Notes: a model not told the origin generated them from the sequence alone. A stretch of 64,000 nt of DNA from an uncultured Actinomycetes bacterium (GCA_963733905.1 CAVTEU010000012.1:32603-96602), one strand, 5' to 3'; positions 40,745 through 52,718 are shown, counted from the first letter of the stretch. Made by a program: numbers and translations.

Positions 40745-41971
40745 ATGACCCGGCAACCCATTCGTTCCCTTTGGTCTCTATTAGCGCTGGTCGCCCTAGT
40801 GGTCGCCGTTGCGGCGGTGACGAAGGCGGTGGCGCCGGCACGACAGTTGCGGCGGTGGCGCCGGCACAGGTTGCCGGAGGAGCCGGTGAAGCTCCTGCGT
40901 GCGAGCCGGGTCAGACCGATGGTGATCTGACCTCTACACTGGACGGAGTACATCGACCCCGAGTTGCTCTCGCCTTCGAGGAGGAGTCCGGGGTAGCGGT
41001 CAGCGAGACCTTCTACGACTCGAACGAGACGATGTTGGCTCAGATCCAGACGGGCCAGGTTTACGACCTGATCGTTCCATCGGACTACATGGTTTCGATC
41101 ATGATCACCGACGGCTTGCTGCTGCCGCTGCAGAAAGACGCAATACCCAACATCGAGAACCTGGGAGAGGATTTCCGGTCCCCGCCATACGACCCGGACC
41201 TCACCTACTCCGTGGGCTACCAATGGGGAACCACCGGGCTCGGGGTGGATACCGAGGTGGTCGGGACCGATTTCCCCGCTGCTGGGCGCTGGTGTTCGAC
41301 CCTGCGGTGACCGAACCCTACGCCGGGCAGATCTCGTTGCTCAACGACGCCCGGGAGACCTTGGGGGCGGCCTCAAGTACCTCGGCTACTCGCTCAACAG
41401 CGAGAGCCAGGAGGAGGTGGACGCCGCCGCCGCACTGATGAGCGACAACATCGACCGGATCACCAAGTTCGACTCGGACCTCTACACCGACGATCTGGTC
41501 AACGGCGAGGTGGCGGTCTCGCACGGCTACAGCGGCAACTTCTTTACGGCCTTCGCCGCCACCGACAACCCCGACCGCTATGCCTATGTGATCCCCGAGG
41601 AGGGCGCCACCCTGTGGACGGACAACATGGCGATTCCGTCCGGGGCAGAGCATCCATGCACGGCGCACGCCTTCATCAACTTCCTACTCGACGCCGAACG
41701 GGGGGCCCAGTTGACCAACTGGAACTACTACGCCAGCCCCAACGAGGCCTCCGCCGAATTCATCCTTCCCGAGATCCTCGAAGACCCCACCATCTACCCG
41801 CCGCCGGACATCCGTGACGGGCTCGAGATCATCCAGAACACCGGGGACTTCGAGATCGCCTACACCGACGCCTTTGCAGCGGCGAGGAGTGAGAGGAGGC
41901 TCGCTTCGCTCGCCGTATTGGGTTATGGGTTCTGGGTTATGGGTTCAGACCCTCCAACACGTCGAGGATGA
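40745..41971 (+). CDS. potD: Spermidine/putrescine-binding periplasmic/lipoprotein component; four or more frameshifts; stop uncertain
   Basis: Fragments 40745..40930 (signal MTRQPIRSLWSLLALVALVVAVAAV), 40771..41310 (FEEESGVAVSETFYDSNETMLAQIQTG..DLIVPSDYMV..YQWGTTGLGV), 41223..41438, and 41417..41971 (VAVSHGYSGNFF..WTDNMAIPSGAEHPCTAHAFINFLLD). The ORF reads through repeat G. Confidence 0.75.
41898..41946. repeat. Structured intergenic repeat, family 2, copy G
   Basis: GGCTCGCTTCGCTCGCC, then GTATTGG GTTATGG GTTCTGG GTTATGG (41915-41942). Lies at the convergent junction of potD and the GrpB gene. Confidence 0.75.
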
Positions 41972-42713
41972 AGGCGGTCTTGGCGTCGGTGTAGGCGTAG
42001 CGGTCGTCCTTCCATTGCGTCGCTAGTTCCATCTTGAGCCGCCCGTAACCGGCCGCCACCTCGGGGTGGGTCCGAGGTGGTCGCGGAACGCGGTGGTCGC
42101 GTTCCCAGGTGCCGCCGGCATCGCAGACGTGGATCTGAACGACACGCGGCTGATCGGATGGCGGTCGGAAGTAGCGGTGTTTGTCGTCGCGGGAGCGGAG
42201 CGGAACCCCGGTCGACTCGATAGCCGGGACATAGCTCGCCTCGTCGTCGATGTCGGCGACGCTCACCTGGATGTCCACAATCGGCTTGGCTGCCAGACCG
42301 GGGACGGCGGTCGAGCCGACGTGCTCGATGCGGATGGCGGCAGGGCCCAGCGCGGAGGCAAGGCGGCGGTGCCACAAGTCGAAGGTCCCGGGCCACTCCT
42401 CGTCGTAGGGGACGACCTCGATGGGAGTCCTCGAAGTCGGTCCCAGGATCTCGATCCCCGGGTACTGGACGGCGAGCACCTCCACCGCCAACCGCGACCG
42501 GAGCTCCGGGTCGAGCTGGGCGACCTCGATACCCCTCCGGTGCGCCTCCAACTCGTAACGGTCGACCAGGGTGGTCCGCCGCCCGAAACGCTCGAAGAGC
42601 CGCCGCCAGACCTCGGCCGGGTCACCGACGTCATCGGGATCGGCCCCGATCTCGCCCAGCCTGGCGACGAGACAGGGATCCATCCCGAGAGGGTAGGTGG
42701 CAAGGTCAGCCAT
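41937..42713 (-). CDS. GrpB/UPF0157-family protein with an N-terminal extra domain
   Basis: Intact 258-aa ORF. VVPYDEEWPGTFDLW..IEHVGSTAVPGLAAKPIVDIQVSV..HVCDAGG..YGRLKMELA..YTDAKTAFI. Confidence 0.8.
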   Translation of the reverse strand: MADLATYPLGMDPCLVARLGEIGADPDDVGDPAEVWRRLFERFGRRTTLVDRYELEAHRRGIEVAQLDPELRSRLAVEVLAVQYPGIEILGPTSRTPIEVVPYDEEWPGTFDLWHRRLASALGPAAIRIEHVGSTAVPGLAAKPIVDIQVSVADIDDEASYVPAIESTGVPLRSRDDKHRYFRPPSDQPRVVQIHVCDAGGTWERDHRVPRPPRTHPEVAAGYGRLKMELATQWKDDRYAYTDAKTAFILDVLEGLNP

Positions 42714-43646
42714 GCGGCCGCAGCCGCGGCGCTCCGCGTCGCTCCTTGCCCCGCACCACCAGCCAGACGATCCCGGCTGGTATAGCTATTACGGCGAGCA
42801 CAGGCAGCACGTACAGACCGAACCAGATGATCCCGTCCGCGATCGTCTGGAATGCCTCGGTCGTGTTGCGCACCGGCCTCGCGGAGCGGTCCCCTCCCTT
42901 GGCTGCCAACCTTCGTCCACGACTGGGGCGACAGTCGGCGACGGCTGCACCGAGACCGTATGGTGGCCAGGGCCACGAGGTCATCTAGGACCCTCTGCCG
43001 GCCGGCAAGTACCTCGATCTCTTCTGGCGCGCCTGATCTCGTCGTACACCTGGAGCAGAGCCGCCCGGCTTGCCCGCTGCGTCCTCCCGCACGTCGGCAA
43101 GCAGAGCTCTTAGCTCCGTCTCCAGAGCTTCGAGGTTGGTGAGTACGAGCCTCGACGTCGACGTACTCCTCGGTTACGTCCTGCGTGCCCATCTCGAGTT
43201 CGACCACCCCGTCGCCTAGCTCCTCATCCTGTCAAGAAGACCGGGCACGACCTCTGCGGGCACGCGGACCGTGGCCCGCACCACGGGCTGGTCCTTCTCC
43301 CCCTGCGGATCGGATATAGAGGCATCGGCGATGAATCCACCGGATCTCTCCACGGCGGTGATCAAGGCGTCGTACGCACCGCGGGTGTCTTTCGCTTCGA
43401 GCTCGACGGTGGCATTGGTGATGACTTTCCGCCCATCTCAATGGCTATCGGCACGCCCATGGGGTCTGTCGTGCCATCAACCTCTCCCTCCGTGACCCTC
43501 GGCCGGCGACCCTCCCGCCGTCGCCTCGGCGCCACTCGAAGTGACGTCGTTGCGCCTTGCTCATCAACCGCCTCGCTCCCGCCGCCGGCGCACGCGAAGA
43601 GCACAATCGCCGCCAGCATCACTATCAGCGTGATTCGTGTTCGCAT
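42706..43646 (-). CDS. DUF4349-like lipoprotein; three or more frameshifts
   Basis: Lipobox in ORF 43362..43646 (MRTRITLIVMLAAIVLFACAGG). Middle pieces ITNATVELEAKDTRGAYDALITAVERSGGFIAD.. and VELEMGTQDVTEEYVDVEAR, plus a coiled-coil stretch. C-terminal TM region IIWFGLYVLPVLAVIAIPAGIVWLVV in ORF 42706..42984. Confidence 0.55.
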
Positions 43647-43766
43647 TTCGGACCTCCACTAGTTGATGGGCGTGGGCCCGCCGCTTGGACGAGTCGCCCG
43701 GCCCGTGGGTTCCGACACCGCGTACGTCGTTTCCCGTGCAAAGATCAGCCGGCGGGAAGGGACGGG

Positions 43767-46700
43767 ATGGACGAGATCGCACAACTGGAAGCGGCGAAGC
43801 GCGCTCTCGAAGGACAGCGGCCGGTGCTGGGAGACGACGTTGTGGCCACGGCCCTCCGACCCATCGAGGAGAGACTCGCGACACTCCGCTCGCTCGCCGC
43901 CGCCGAGCAGCGGAAGGTGGTGACGGTGCTCTTCGCCGACCTGGTCGGGTTCACCGCCATGACCGCCCGGCTCGATGCAGAGGACGTCGGCGGGATCGTC
44001 GACGACTACTTCCGTTTGTGGTCACAGTCGATCGAGCAGCACGGTGGTGTGGTCGAGAAGTTCATCGGTGACGCCGTCATGGCGGCGTTCGGGATCCCGG
44101 TGGCGGCCGAGGACGACGCCGTCCGGGCGGTGCAAGCCGCCCTCGAGATGCGTGATGCCCTGCACGGGCTCAACGACAAACTGGAAGCAGGTCCATGGCT
44201 TGCGGCTGGCGATGCGGGTCGGCATCACCGCCGGACCCGTCTTGGTCAGCTATGTCGGCGGACGCTCGGGACACGACGTCGTTCTGGTCGGCGACACGGT
44301 GAACATGGCGAGCCGGCTCGAAACGGCGGCTCCGGAGGACAGCATCCTCATCTCCTCGGAAGTGCTCTCGTTGGTTCGCGACCGCTTCGAGGTGGAGCCG
44401 TTGGCGCCTCTCACCGTGAAGGGCAAGCGCGAGCCTGTGCCCGCCTACGAGGTCGTGGGCACCCGGAAGCCGGCGTTCGGCGGGGCGGAGGGGTCCGGGC
44501 CCATCGTCGGTCGGGAGGAGGAGTTGACCCGGCTCAACGCCTTGCTCGACGAGGTGATCGACACCGGCCGCCCGGCGCTAGCCGTGGTGGCGGGAGACGC
44601 TGGAATTGGCAAGTCACGCCTCCTCGTCGAGTTCGACCGGACGGTGGCCGACCGCGGTGAGCCGGTGATCAGGCTCACAGGGAGGGCGACCCGGGAGACG
44701 GCGGGAAGCGCCTTCGCCGTGCTGCGCGCCGTGGTCTCAGAGAGGCTTGGACTCTCCGAGAACAGCTCGGCGAGCGAGGTGCGTGAGCGCGTCCAGCGGG
44801 CCTTCGCCGGTGAGGGCTCTGCCGTGCGCGGGGCCCGGTTGGCGCAGCTGCTCGGCCTGGCCACCGACTCGGCAGACCTCGACCCCAGGGAAGTGCGCGA
44901 GGGCGGCACCGCCGACCTGATCGCCCTGCTCGAGGAGCTTTCCGTCACTGCTCCCGTAGTCGTCCTCATCGAGGACGTGCAGTGGGCGGACGACGCCTCT
45001 CTCGAGGTGATCGAGCAGCTGCTGTCGTCGGTGAGGGGCCCGGTGATGGGAGTGGTCGGCGCCCGGCCGGAGTTCGACGAGCTTCGCCCCCGTTGGCGCT
45101 CAGAACTGGCCGCGCGTCTGGATCGACCTCGACCCACTCGATGAGGCTGAAACACTGCTTCTGCTGGCTAGGCAACTCGGCGACGCCGAGGTGGCCGAAG
45201 AGGTGGCCGCCCGGATCCAGGGGTCTGCAGAGGGGAACCCCTACTACCTCGAGGAAATAGCGCGCATGCTGATGGAGGAGGGTGTGATCCGTCACGAAGG
45301 GGGCCGGGTAGTGGCGGATCGGTCTGCCTTGGAGCGCGGGCAGGTCCCGGTAACGCTGACCGGGGTCCTCCAGGCTCGGCTCGACACGATCACCTCGGGC
45401 GAGCGCCAGGTTGCCGACCGGGCGGCAGTGATCGGCCGCACCTTCTGGGAAAGGGCGATCGAGGCCATGGCCGAGTTCGCAGTATCGGACGAGCTCGCCG
45501 GGCTGGAAGGGAAGGGCCTGGTCAGAGCGACGGAGCAGTCGTCTTTCGCCGACACACGCCAGTTCGGTTTCGCCCACGGGTTGCTGCGTGACGTCACTTA
45601 CGAGGCGTTGTTGCGAAGCAGACGCGCCGACTATCACGCTCGGGCAGCGCGTTGGTTGACCGAGGTGACCGAGGCTGCAGGTCGGGCCGAGGACTGGGCG
45701 GCAACCATCGCCTGGCACCACCAAGAAGCCGGAGATTCTGCGGAGGCTTCTGCCTGGTATCTCGTCGCCGGGCGGAGGGCGGCGGAGAGGTTCGCCAACG
45801 TCGATGCCCTTGGACTGTTGCAGAAGGCCGCCGATCTGGCGCCGGAGACCGACCTTGCGCTGCGCTGGGACATAGCCGACCTCACCGAGCGCATCCACGA
45901 CACCCTGGGCGAGCGCCCCCAGCAGGCAGCGGACCTGGAGGTGATGGCTGCGATTGCCGGAGAGTCTGGGGAACCGTGGAGACAGGCCGAGTATTGGCTC
46001 CGCAAGGGCCATCGCTCCGAGCGGCTCGGGGAGTACGAGGAGGGACTCGCCGCCGGCGAGCAGGCTTGGCACTTCGCCGACTCTCGTCGACGACACCGAG
46101 CGCCAGGTGCGGGCGCTACGCAACGAGGGCGCGATCAAATGGCGTCAAGGCGACCTCGCCGGATCGCAGGAAGCGCTCGACCGCGGGATCGAATTGGCCT
46201 TGGCCGCCGGCTTGGCCGATTGGCACGGACGGCTCCACCGCAACTTGGGAATGGTCAAGGAGCACCTAGGTGACTACCCCGGTGCCGAGGCGGCCTACCG
46301 GACAGCACTCAACGGTGCACGCCAGCGCGGTGACCGCCGGGAGATCGCGCTAGGGCTGAACGACATCGGGATCGCCTCGTACTACCAGAACGATCTGGAG
46401 CGAGCCCGCCGTTTCGAGGAGGAGGCTCTGCGCATCCGGGTCGAGATGGGGGACCGACCGGGTGAGGCGCTGGTTCTCAACAACCTGGCTCTGACCACCG
46501 CCGCTCTGGGCGATGCCGCCGCCGCACGCGACATGTTCAAGCGCACCGGCCAAATATGCGGGGTCACGGGCGATCGCGAAGGCGTTGCCGCCACCGACCA
46601 GGGAATGGGCGTCATGGCGTTCCGTCTCGGGGATCACGCTGAGGCGGCGACGCTCATGCAGCGCGCCCGAGCCGGATTTCACGACCTCGGTGACACCCAG

Positions 46701-47283
46701 GGGGAGTGCCAGTGCATGGAGGAGCTGGGTTGGCAGGCGCTGGCCAGTGGGGAGGCAGCAAATGCCCTCGACATTGCTCGGGAGACGGTGACGCTTGCCG
46801 AGCAAGGCGATTTCGCACCAGAAGCAGCCAACGCTCGCCGGTTGATGGGAAGGGCGCTCGGGGCGATGGGTCGGCACGAGGAAGCGCTCGATGCGCTGCG
46901 ACAAGCCGTGGCCGAGCAGGAGGAGGTTGGGAACGAGCCGTTCGCCGCCTCTGCGCTGGCCTGGGTAGCCGAGGAGCTGGTTGCCATCGGGGACATCGAG
47001 GCGGCATTGCCGGTTGCTGAAGAGGCGCTGACACGTCTTTTGGCCACACGCGGCTGGGGTGGCGACGACCCTGTGGGGGCGCTCACGGTCCTGCGCCCGG
47101 GTGCTTCGACTGGGGGACACGGCTCGCGCTTCGGAGGCGATCGGCGAGGCGAAACGGATCATCGAGGAACGCGCCGCCATGATCGACGACCCCGAGGAGC
47201 GGAACCGATACCGGACCGAGGTGCCCTCGCACGGTGAGCTGGCCCGCGTCGCCGCGATGATTCACCTCCCGGACTCCGACTGA
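43767..47283 (+). CDS. Class III adenylate/guanylate cyclase fused to an AAA/STAND-type P-loop NTPase and TPR-like repeats (about 1170 aa); four frameshifts
   Basis: Fragments 43557..44660, 43975..45144, 45191..46273, 45954..47237 and 47059..47283, each in the +1 frame of the previous one. VTVLFADLVGFTAMT..KFIGDAVMAAFG..GDTVNMASRLE; P-loop AGDAGIGKSRL; VVVLIEDVQWAD; then TPR-like helices. Confidence 0.8.
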
Positions 47284-47341
47284 TCGGACCGAGTTCCACA
47301 GACACCGATAGGGTCGAGTCGCTCAGAGGAGAGGAGCAGCG

Positions 47342-48558
47342 ATGCGCAGAATCAGCGTTGTCATGATCATTTGTGCGCTTGCGCTTGGTGCATTCGCCGC
47401 ACCAGCCTCAGCCGCCCGGGAGAAGCCGGTCCGGTTCGCCACCTTCAACGCCTCGCTCAACCGCTCCGCCGAGGGCCAGTTGATCACCGACTTGTCGACC
47501 CCCGACAACGTCCAGGCGCAGGTGATCGCAGAGATAGTCCAGCGAACGCGGCCCGATGTCCTTCTCATCAACGAGTTCGACTTCGACGCAGCCGGCGAGG
47601 CCGCTGCCCTGTTCCAGTCCAACTACCTCTCGGTCGGTCACAACGGTGCCAGACCCATCCGGTACCGGTACCGGTATGTCGCACCTTCGAACACCGGAAT
47701 CCCCTCCGGCTTCGACCTCAACAACGACGGCACGGTGGGTGGTCCCGACGATGCATTCGGTTTCGGCTTCTTCCCGGGCCAGTTCGGGATGGTGGTCTAC
47801 TCGCGCTACCCAATCGTCTCCGACCGGACCTTCCAGAACTTCCTTTGGAGGGACATGCCGGGAGCGCTCCTCCCCGATGACCCGAGCACACCCGATCCCG
47901 CCGATTGGTACTCACCCGAAGAACTCGATGTGTTCCGTCTCTCCTCGAAGAGCCATGGGATCTGGGCATTCGGATTGGGAGACGGGTCGTCCACTTCCTG
48001 GCGAGTCACCCCACGCCGCCCGTCTTCGACGGTGACGAAGATCGCAACGGGAGACGAAACCATGACGAGATCAGATTCTGGTCCGACTACGTGATACCGG
48101 CACGCAGCGGCTACGTGTACGACGACAGCGGGGCGAGCGGCGGACTGGGCGCGGGCAATCTCTTCGTGATCGCCGGCGACATGAATGCCGACCCATTCGA
48201 CGGAGACAGCGTCGCCGGGAGCGGCCCAACAGTTGCTGGAGAATCCCAGGGTCAACACGTCTCGACACACCGTCGAGCGCAGGCGGTCCCGAGCAGGCGC
48301 TCCTCCAGGGTGGCGTGAACCTCGAGCATGAGGGCGACCCCGCCTTCGACACGGCCGACTTCGCCGAGCCCCCGGCAATCTGAGGGTCGACTACGTGCTC
48401 CCCTCCAAGGGTCTTCGCATCCTCGACAGCGGTGTCTTCTGGCCGACAACCGATGATCCACTCTTCAGCCTCGTCGGGACCTTCCCCTTCCCCAGCTCCG
48501 ACCACCGTCTCGTCTGGGTCGATGTGGCGAGTGCCCGGCGGCAGGCCGCCGGGCAGTT
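47342..48558 (+). CDS. Secreted endonuclease/exonuclease/phosphatase (EEP) family protein; about four frameshifts; 3' end approximate
   Basis: Signal [44 protein letters not shown] (ORF 47342), [36 protein letters not shown] (ORF 47905), then ..[21 protein letters not shown] (ORF 48395 frame). Confidence 0.75.
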
Positions 48559-48566
48559 GAAAGCGT

Positions 48567-48726
48567 GCGGCCCTGCGGGCCGCGCTGACTTGTGCTGGTC
48601 GGGCCGTACACGCCGACCCGACCAGGCCGAGGGGGCTGGGAGGACCCGCCCCCTCGGGCACCCCCATCCAGGTACGTCTGCCGCTGCCGTCCGCCGTCTC
48701 TGGTTCCGTCCGCCGTCCGCCGTCTA
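48567..48726. repeat. Structured intergenic repeat, family 1-like, copy C (three hairpins plus CCGTC heptamer array)
   Basis: Stems GCGGCCC-tgc-GGGCCGC (48567-48583), CTGGTCGGG/CCCGACCAG (48594-48625), and GCCGAGGGGG/CCCCCTCGGGC (48626-48659). Then ACGTCTG CCGCTG CCGTCCG CCGTCTC .. CCGTCCG CCGTCCG CCGTCTA (48674-48726), overlapping the aldehyde dehydrogenase stop. Confidence 0.7.
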
Positions 48727-50155
48727 CCTGAGCGTGAACACCACCGTCTGTAGGTCGGTGAACTCCTCGATGCGCTGGCGGCCCCAACCGGTGTCGGTGC
48801 CGGCGGCGCCGCCGAACGGCTGGAATGTCTCCCAGAAGTCGGTCGAGTCGTTGACCACGACGGTGCCCGAGCGGATCCGGTCGGCGTACCACCAGGCGCG
48901 TGACAGGCTCTCGGTGAACACCGCCGCCTGTAGCCCGAGGCGGCTCCTATTGGCCAGGGCGACCGCTTCATCGTCGTCCTCGACGGTGAGGATGGGGAGC
49001 ACCGGACCAAACGACTCCTCTTGCGAGATCATGCTGTCCTCAGACACCCCGTCGACCACGGTGAACTCGTAGTAGAGGTCGGTGGGGTGCCCCGATGCCC
49101 TCCGGCCACCCAGCAGGATCTCGGCGCCCCGCTCTCGGGCATCCTCGAGGTGGCGGTCCATCTTCTCGGCGGTGGGTGCGTTGTTGAGCGGCCCCATGGT
49201 GGTGGCCTCGTCGAATGGGTCTCCCAGCCGCACCACGTCGGCAGCCTTGATCGTCGCCGCCACGAACTCGTCGTGGACCTCCTCGAGCACCACGACCCGC
49301 TCGGTGGCGCAACAGACCTGCCCGGCGTTGTAATAGGCGCCATAGACAGCTGCCTCGGCCGCGGCGGCGACATCGCCGTCTCCGGTGACGATGAGTGGTC
49401 CGTTGCCCGACATCTCCATGATCGAGCGCTTCAGCCCCATCTGGGAGACGATGCGGCGCCCGGTCTGCGACGACCCGGTGAACCCGATGGCGTCCACCCC
49501 GGGGTGGGTCACCAGCGCCTCGCCGATATCGCCCCCGCCGGGGATCACGTTGATGGCCCCGGCGGGCGCCCCCGCCTCTTCGAACACCTTCGCCATCTCG
49601 AGCAGCGCCCAGCAGGTGAACTCGGGGGGCTTGACGATCATGGCGTTCCCGGTCGCCAGGCCCGGGCCGACGTACTCCATCGGGATCATCACCGGGAAGT
49701 TCCACGGGGTGATCGCCGCCCAAACCCCCACCGGGCGGCGCACGGTGAACATCCTCCGGTTCCGTTCCGTTGTCGGGATCAGGTCACCGCTCAGACGCTT
49801 GACGTCCTCGGCGGCGATCTGGAAGTAGTCCCCCGACTCGGCGATGTCGTCGATCGCCTCGGCGTGGAACGGCTTCCCCTGCTCGAGCGTGAGGATCCTG
49901 GCTACCTCGTCCACCCGCTCCTGCCACAACTTGTATATGCGGAGGCACAGGTCTGCCCGCTCGAAAGCGGTCCAGTGCCTCATCTCAGCTGCAGCTTCCC
50001 TGGCGGAGGCGACCGCCCGGTCGATGTCTGCAGGCGAGGCCTTGGGGACCGTAGTAGATGTGCTCCCCGGTCACCGGAGAGCGGACCTCGTAGGCGTCGT
50101 CCCCGGTTCCGTCGGTCCAGCCACCCGCGATGTAGAGCTGCAGATCGACCGCCAC
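48724..50155 (-). CDS. NAD(P)-dependent aldehyde dehydrogenase; one frameshift near nt 50020
   Basis: ORF 48724..49983 (419 aa: [41 protein letters not shown]). The N-terminus [25 protein letters not shown] is in ORF 49985..50221. GTG 50155 is preceded by GGAGG. Confidence 0.9.
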
Positions 50156-50244
50156 CGCCGTACCTCCTCGACCCCCTTTCTGCCTTCTGGATCCGCCAAG
50201 ATACCGATGCCGGAACCGCAAAGGCGACTGCCTACCGTTCCCTG

Positions 50245-51346
50245 GTGGTGAAGATCCCGGCCGCCGTTTTGGCTCTCCTGCTGGTCGCGGCGTGTGCGCG
50301 CCGGACAGGCCACTACCACTCTCGAGCCCGCCGGTACCACGGTTCCTGCAGCTACCACGACCACCGTGGCCGCCTCATCGTCCACGACCGCAGCCGCGGT
50401 GACCACCGTCCCGACCTCGACGACCTTGGTGGCGCCCACGACGTCGATGGCGCCGGTCGGTGATCCTGCAGGAGTACTCATCGGCAACTCATCGGGGATC
50501 TTCTTCGCCGAACTGGGTGAGGAACCGCAACCGGTGGCGGACGGGCCGGTGCTATCGGTGCGCGACGACCTCGCCGGCGGGTTGGTGGTGCAGTTCGCCG
50601 GGCCGGAGGGTCGTCCCGGCGTGGTGTCGCACGTGCCCGCCCAAGGGAACCCTTGGATGGTCCTGGTCCGGAGAGAGATGGGTGGGTGATCCTGGAAGAC
50701 GTCGAGCGGATCGGGGGCAACCCCACAGTGGTCGCCACGGTTAGGACCCGTTTTGGCAATCCAGACGCTGAACGATTGACGCTCGAGACGGTCGACCTCA
50801 CGACCCGGGAGCGGCGGCAGGTGGCGGTGGTCGGTGGGCACAAGTCGGGGGCGGGACCAGCAAGCGCTGACCCGGAGGGATTTGTCGTAAACAGGTATCG
50901 TCGTGGCCATGTCGTCGGTGGAGTTTCTCGACCCCGACGGGGAGGCGCGCCGACCACCGTTCAACCCCAACCCGGAGTGCCAGGACGACGTCACCTGCCC
51001 CCGCTCGGTGGTGGCATCACCGGACGGGACCAGGCTCGCCTACCTGGTGACGGTCCCCGGGCAAGGCGTGGCCGATGGCGTGGACCTCGTCGTCGTCGAC
51101 GCGGCAACCGGTGAGGAGGTTGCCAGGGAGGGCATGCCTGTCGCCGGGTTCGCCACGGTTGGGGTGGACATTGTGGGAGATCTCGTGCTGGTCAACCGTC
51201 TCGCCGCCGGCGCAAGCGGTGAGCCCACCGAGCCGACCTTCCCCATGGTCTTCGATCTCGCCAGCGGAGAGCTCACCGAGGTCCCACTCGCCGGTGTCGG
51301 CTCGTTGGCCAGGAGCGTCCCCGAGGTCAGCGGAGCCTTGCGCTGA
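50245..51346 (+). CDS. Hypothetical lipoprotein with Thr-rich linker; about three frameshifts
   Basis: VVKIPAAVLALLLVAACA lipobox (tail of ORF 49021..50463). T/A-rich linker and body in ORFs 50294..50689, 50653..51114 and 50903..51346. No family recognised. Confidence 0.5.
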
Positions 51347-51407
51347 TCAGAGCGGCCGACCCGGCTTCCTCGTTACCATCCTCCTCCTGACCGCTAGGAG
51401 GCAGAAG

Positions 51408-52718
51408 ATGGGTTTCCAGGGCCCGGAGACGGCGAAGTGGTATCGGCGGGGGACTGAATCGTTGGTCAAGGGTACGTCGAGCATGTTCCGCTATTGGAGC
51501 GACGACGACACCATGGTCATCGCCCGCGGCGAGGGCGGCGCCGTGTTCGACATGGACGGCAAGCGCTATGTCGACTACCAGCTTGGCTTCGGACCGGTGA
51601 TCCTCGGTCACGGGCGGGCGGAGGTGGCCGCCGCCGTCGCCGAGGCCGCTGCCGACGGCACCACGTTCGCCATGACCCAGCGGCGTGAGATCGAGGCCGC
51701 CGAGGCCTTCAAGAAAGCCGTGCCGTGGGTTGAGCATCTCCGGTTCACCAACACCGGAACCGAGGCAACGATGCATGCCATCAGGCTCGCCCGCGGGTTC
51801 ACCGACCGCGAGGTGGTGGTCAAGTTCGAGGGTCAGTACCACGGGGTCCACGACACGGTGATGTTCTCCACCGCGGGAGCACCTCCCGGCCACCTCGGTG
51901 CCCGCACTGCCCCGGTCCCATGGCAGAACTCATCGGGCATCCCCGAGGCGACCCGGACCTCGGTTCGCACCATGCCCTTCAACGACCTCGAGCTACTGGA
52001 GCGGCTCTTCGCCGACCAGGGCCGCAGGATCGCCGCCGTCATCGTCGAGCCGATACTGGGCAATGCCTTCGGGATCATGCCCCAACCCGGGTTCCTCGAA
52101 GGGTTGCGACGGCTTTGCGACGAGTACGGGTCGGTGCTGATTTTCGATGAGGTGAAGACCGGGTTCCGGGTCTCTCTGGGCGGGGCCCAGGAGTTGTTCG
52201 GTGTCACCCCCGACCTGGGCACTTTCGCCAAGGCAATGGGGAACGGGTTCCCGGTGGCAGCGGTCGCCGGGCGCAGCCCGGTGATCGATGCACTAGGTGC
52301 AGGCGGGATCGGCCAGGCGGGTACATACAGCGGCAATGGTGTTGCCGTGGCTGCAGCCAAGGCCACGATCGGCATCCTCTCCACCGGTGAGCCTTACGAC
52401 AGGATCGATCAGGTGGGGACGGCCTTGATGGAGGGGATCCGGAAGGTGCTCGCCGATCGCGGCGTGCCCGGGCACGTCACCGGTCACCCCGCGATGTTCT
52501 CCATCTTCCTGGCCGAGGAAGAGCCCACCGAGTTCCGACACGCGGTGAACCACGACGAGCCGAGGTACGAGGAGATCTGTGCCGGGCTCATCCATCGTGG
52601 GGTGATGCCCTGCCCGGACGCCCTCGAGCCATGGTTCACCAGTTCGGCCCACACCGACGAGGACGTGGCGCTCACCCTTCAAGCCTTCGACGAGGCGCTG
52701 GCCGACACCGTTTCGTGA
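51408..52718 (+). CDS. Class III aminotransferase, glutamate-1-semialdehyde-2,1-aminomutase-like
   Basis: AGGAGG 8 nt before ATG 51408, then 436 intact codons. DYQLGFGPVILGH..FTNTGTEATMHAIRLAR..EPILGN..IFDEVKTGFR (PLP Lys)..GTYSGN. Confidence 0.85.
   Translation: MGFQGPETAKWYRRGTESLVKGTSSMFRYWSDDDTMVIARGEGGAVFDMDGKRYVDYQLGFGPVILGHGRAEVAAAVAEAAADGTTFAMTQRREIEAAEAFKKAVPWVEHLRFTNTGTEATMHAIRLARGFTDREVVVKFEGQYHGVHDTVMFSTAGAPPGHLGARTAPVPWQNSSGIPEATRTSVRTMPFNDLELLERLFADQGRRIAAVIVEPILGNAFGIMPQPGFLEGLRRLCDEYGSVLIFDEVKTGFRVSLGGAQELFGVTPDLGTFAKAMGNGFPVAAVAGRSPVIDALGAGGIGQAGTYSGNGVAVAAAKATIGILSTGEPYDRIDQVGTALMEGIRKVLADRGVPGHVTGHPAMFSIFLAEEEPTEFRHAVNHDEPRYEEICAGLIHRGVMPCPDALEPWFTSSAHTDEDVALTLQAFDEALADTVS

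Noticed and set aside
41915-41946. GTTNTGG / TGGGTTN arrays as telomere-like repeats or as coding for small hydrophobic peptides (LGYGFWVMG, LGFGFWA)
   Set aside because: The arrays are internal to a normal gene neighbourhood with only 3-4 units, so there is no evidence of a chromosome end. The 7-nt period changes reading frame every unit, and the peptide-like translations arise only from read-through of upstream ORFs whose stops are uncertain.
42066-42105. Possible compensating pair of small deletions in the GrpB gene (WERDHRVPRPPRTHPE where homologues would read ..ERDHLAFRDHLRTHPE; the alternative frame reads TAFRDHL)
   Set aside because: The ORF is intact, and I cannot distinguish a real local frame excursion from natural divergence without an alignment. 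It is too uncertain to report as a finding.
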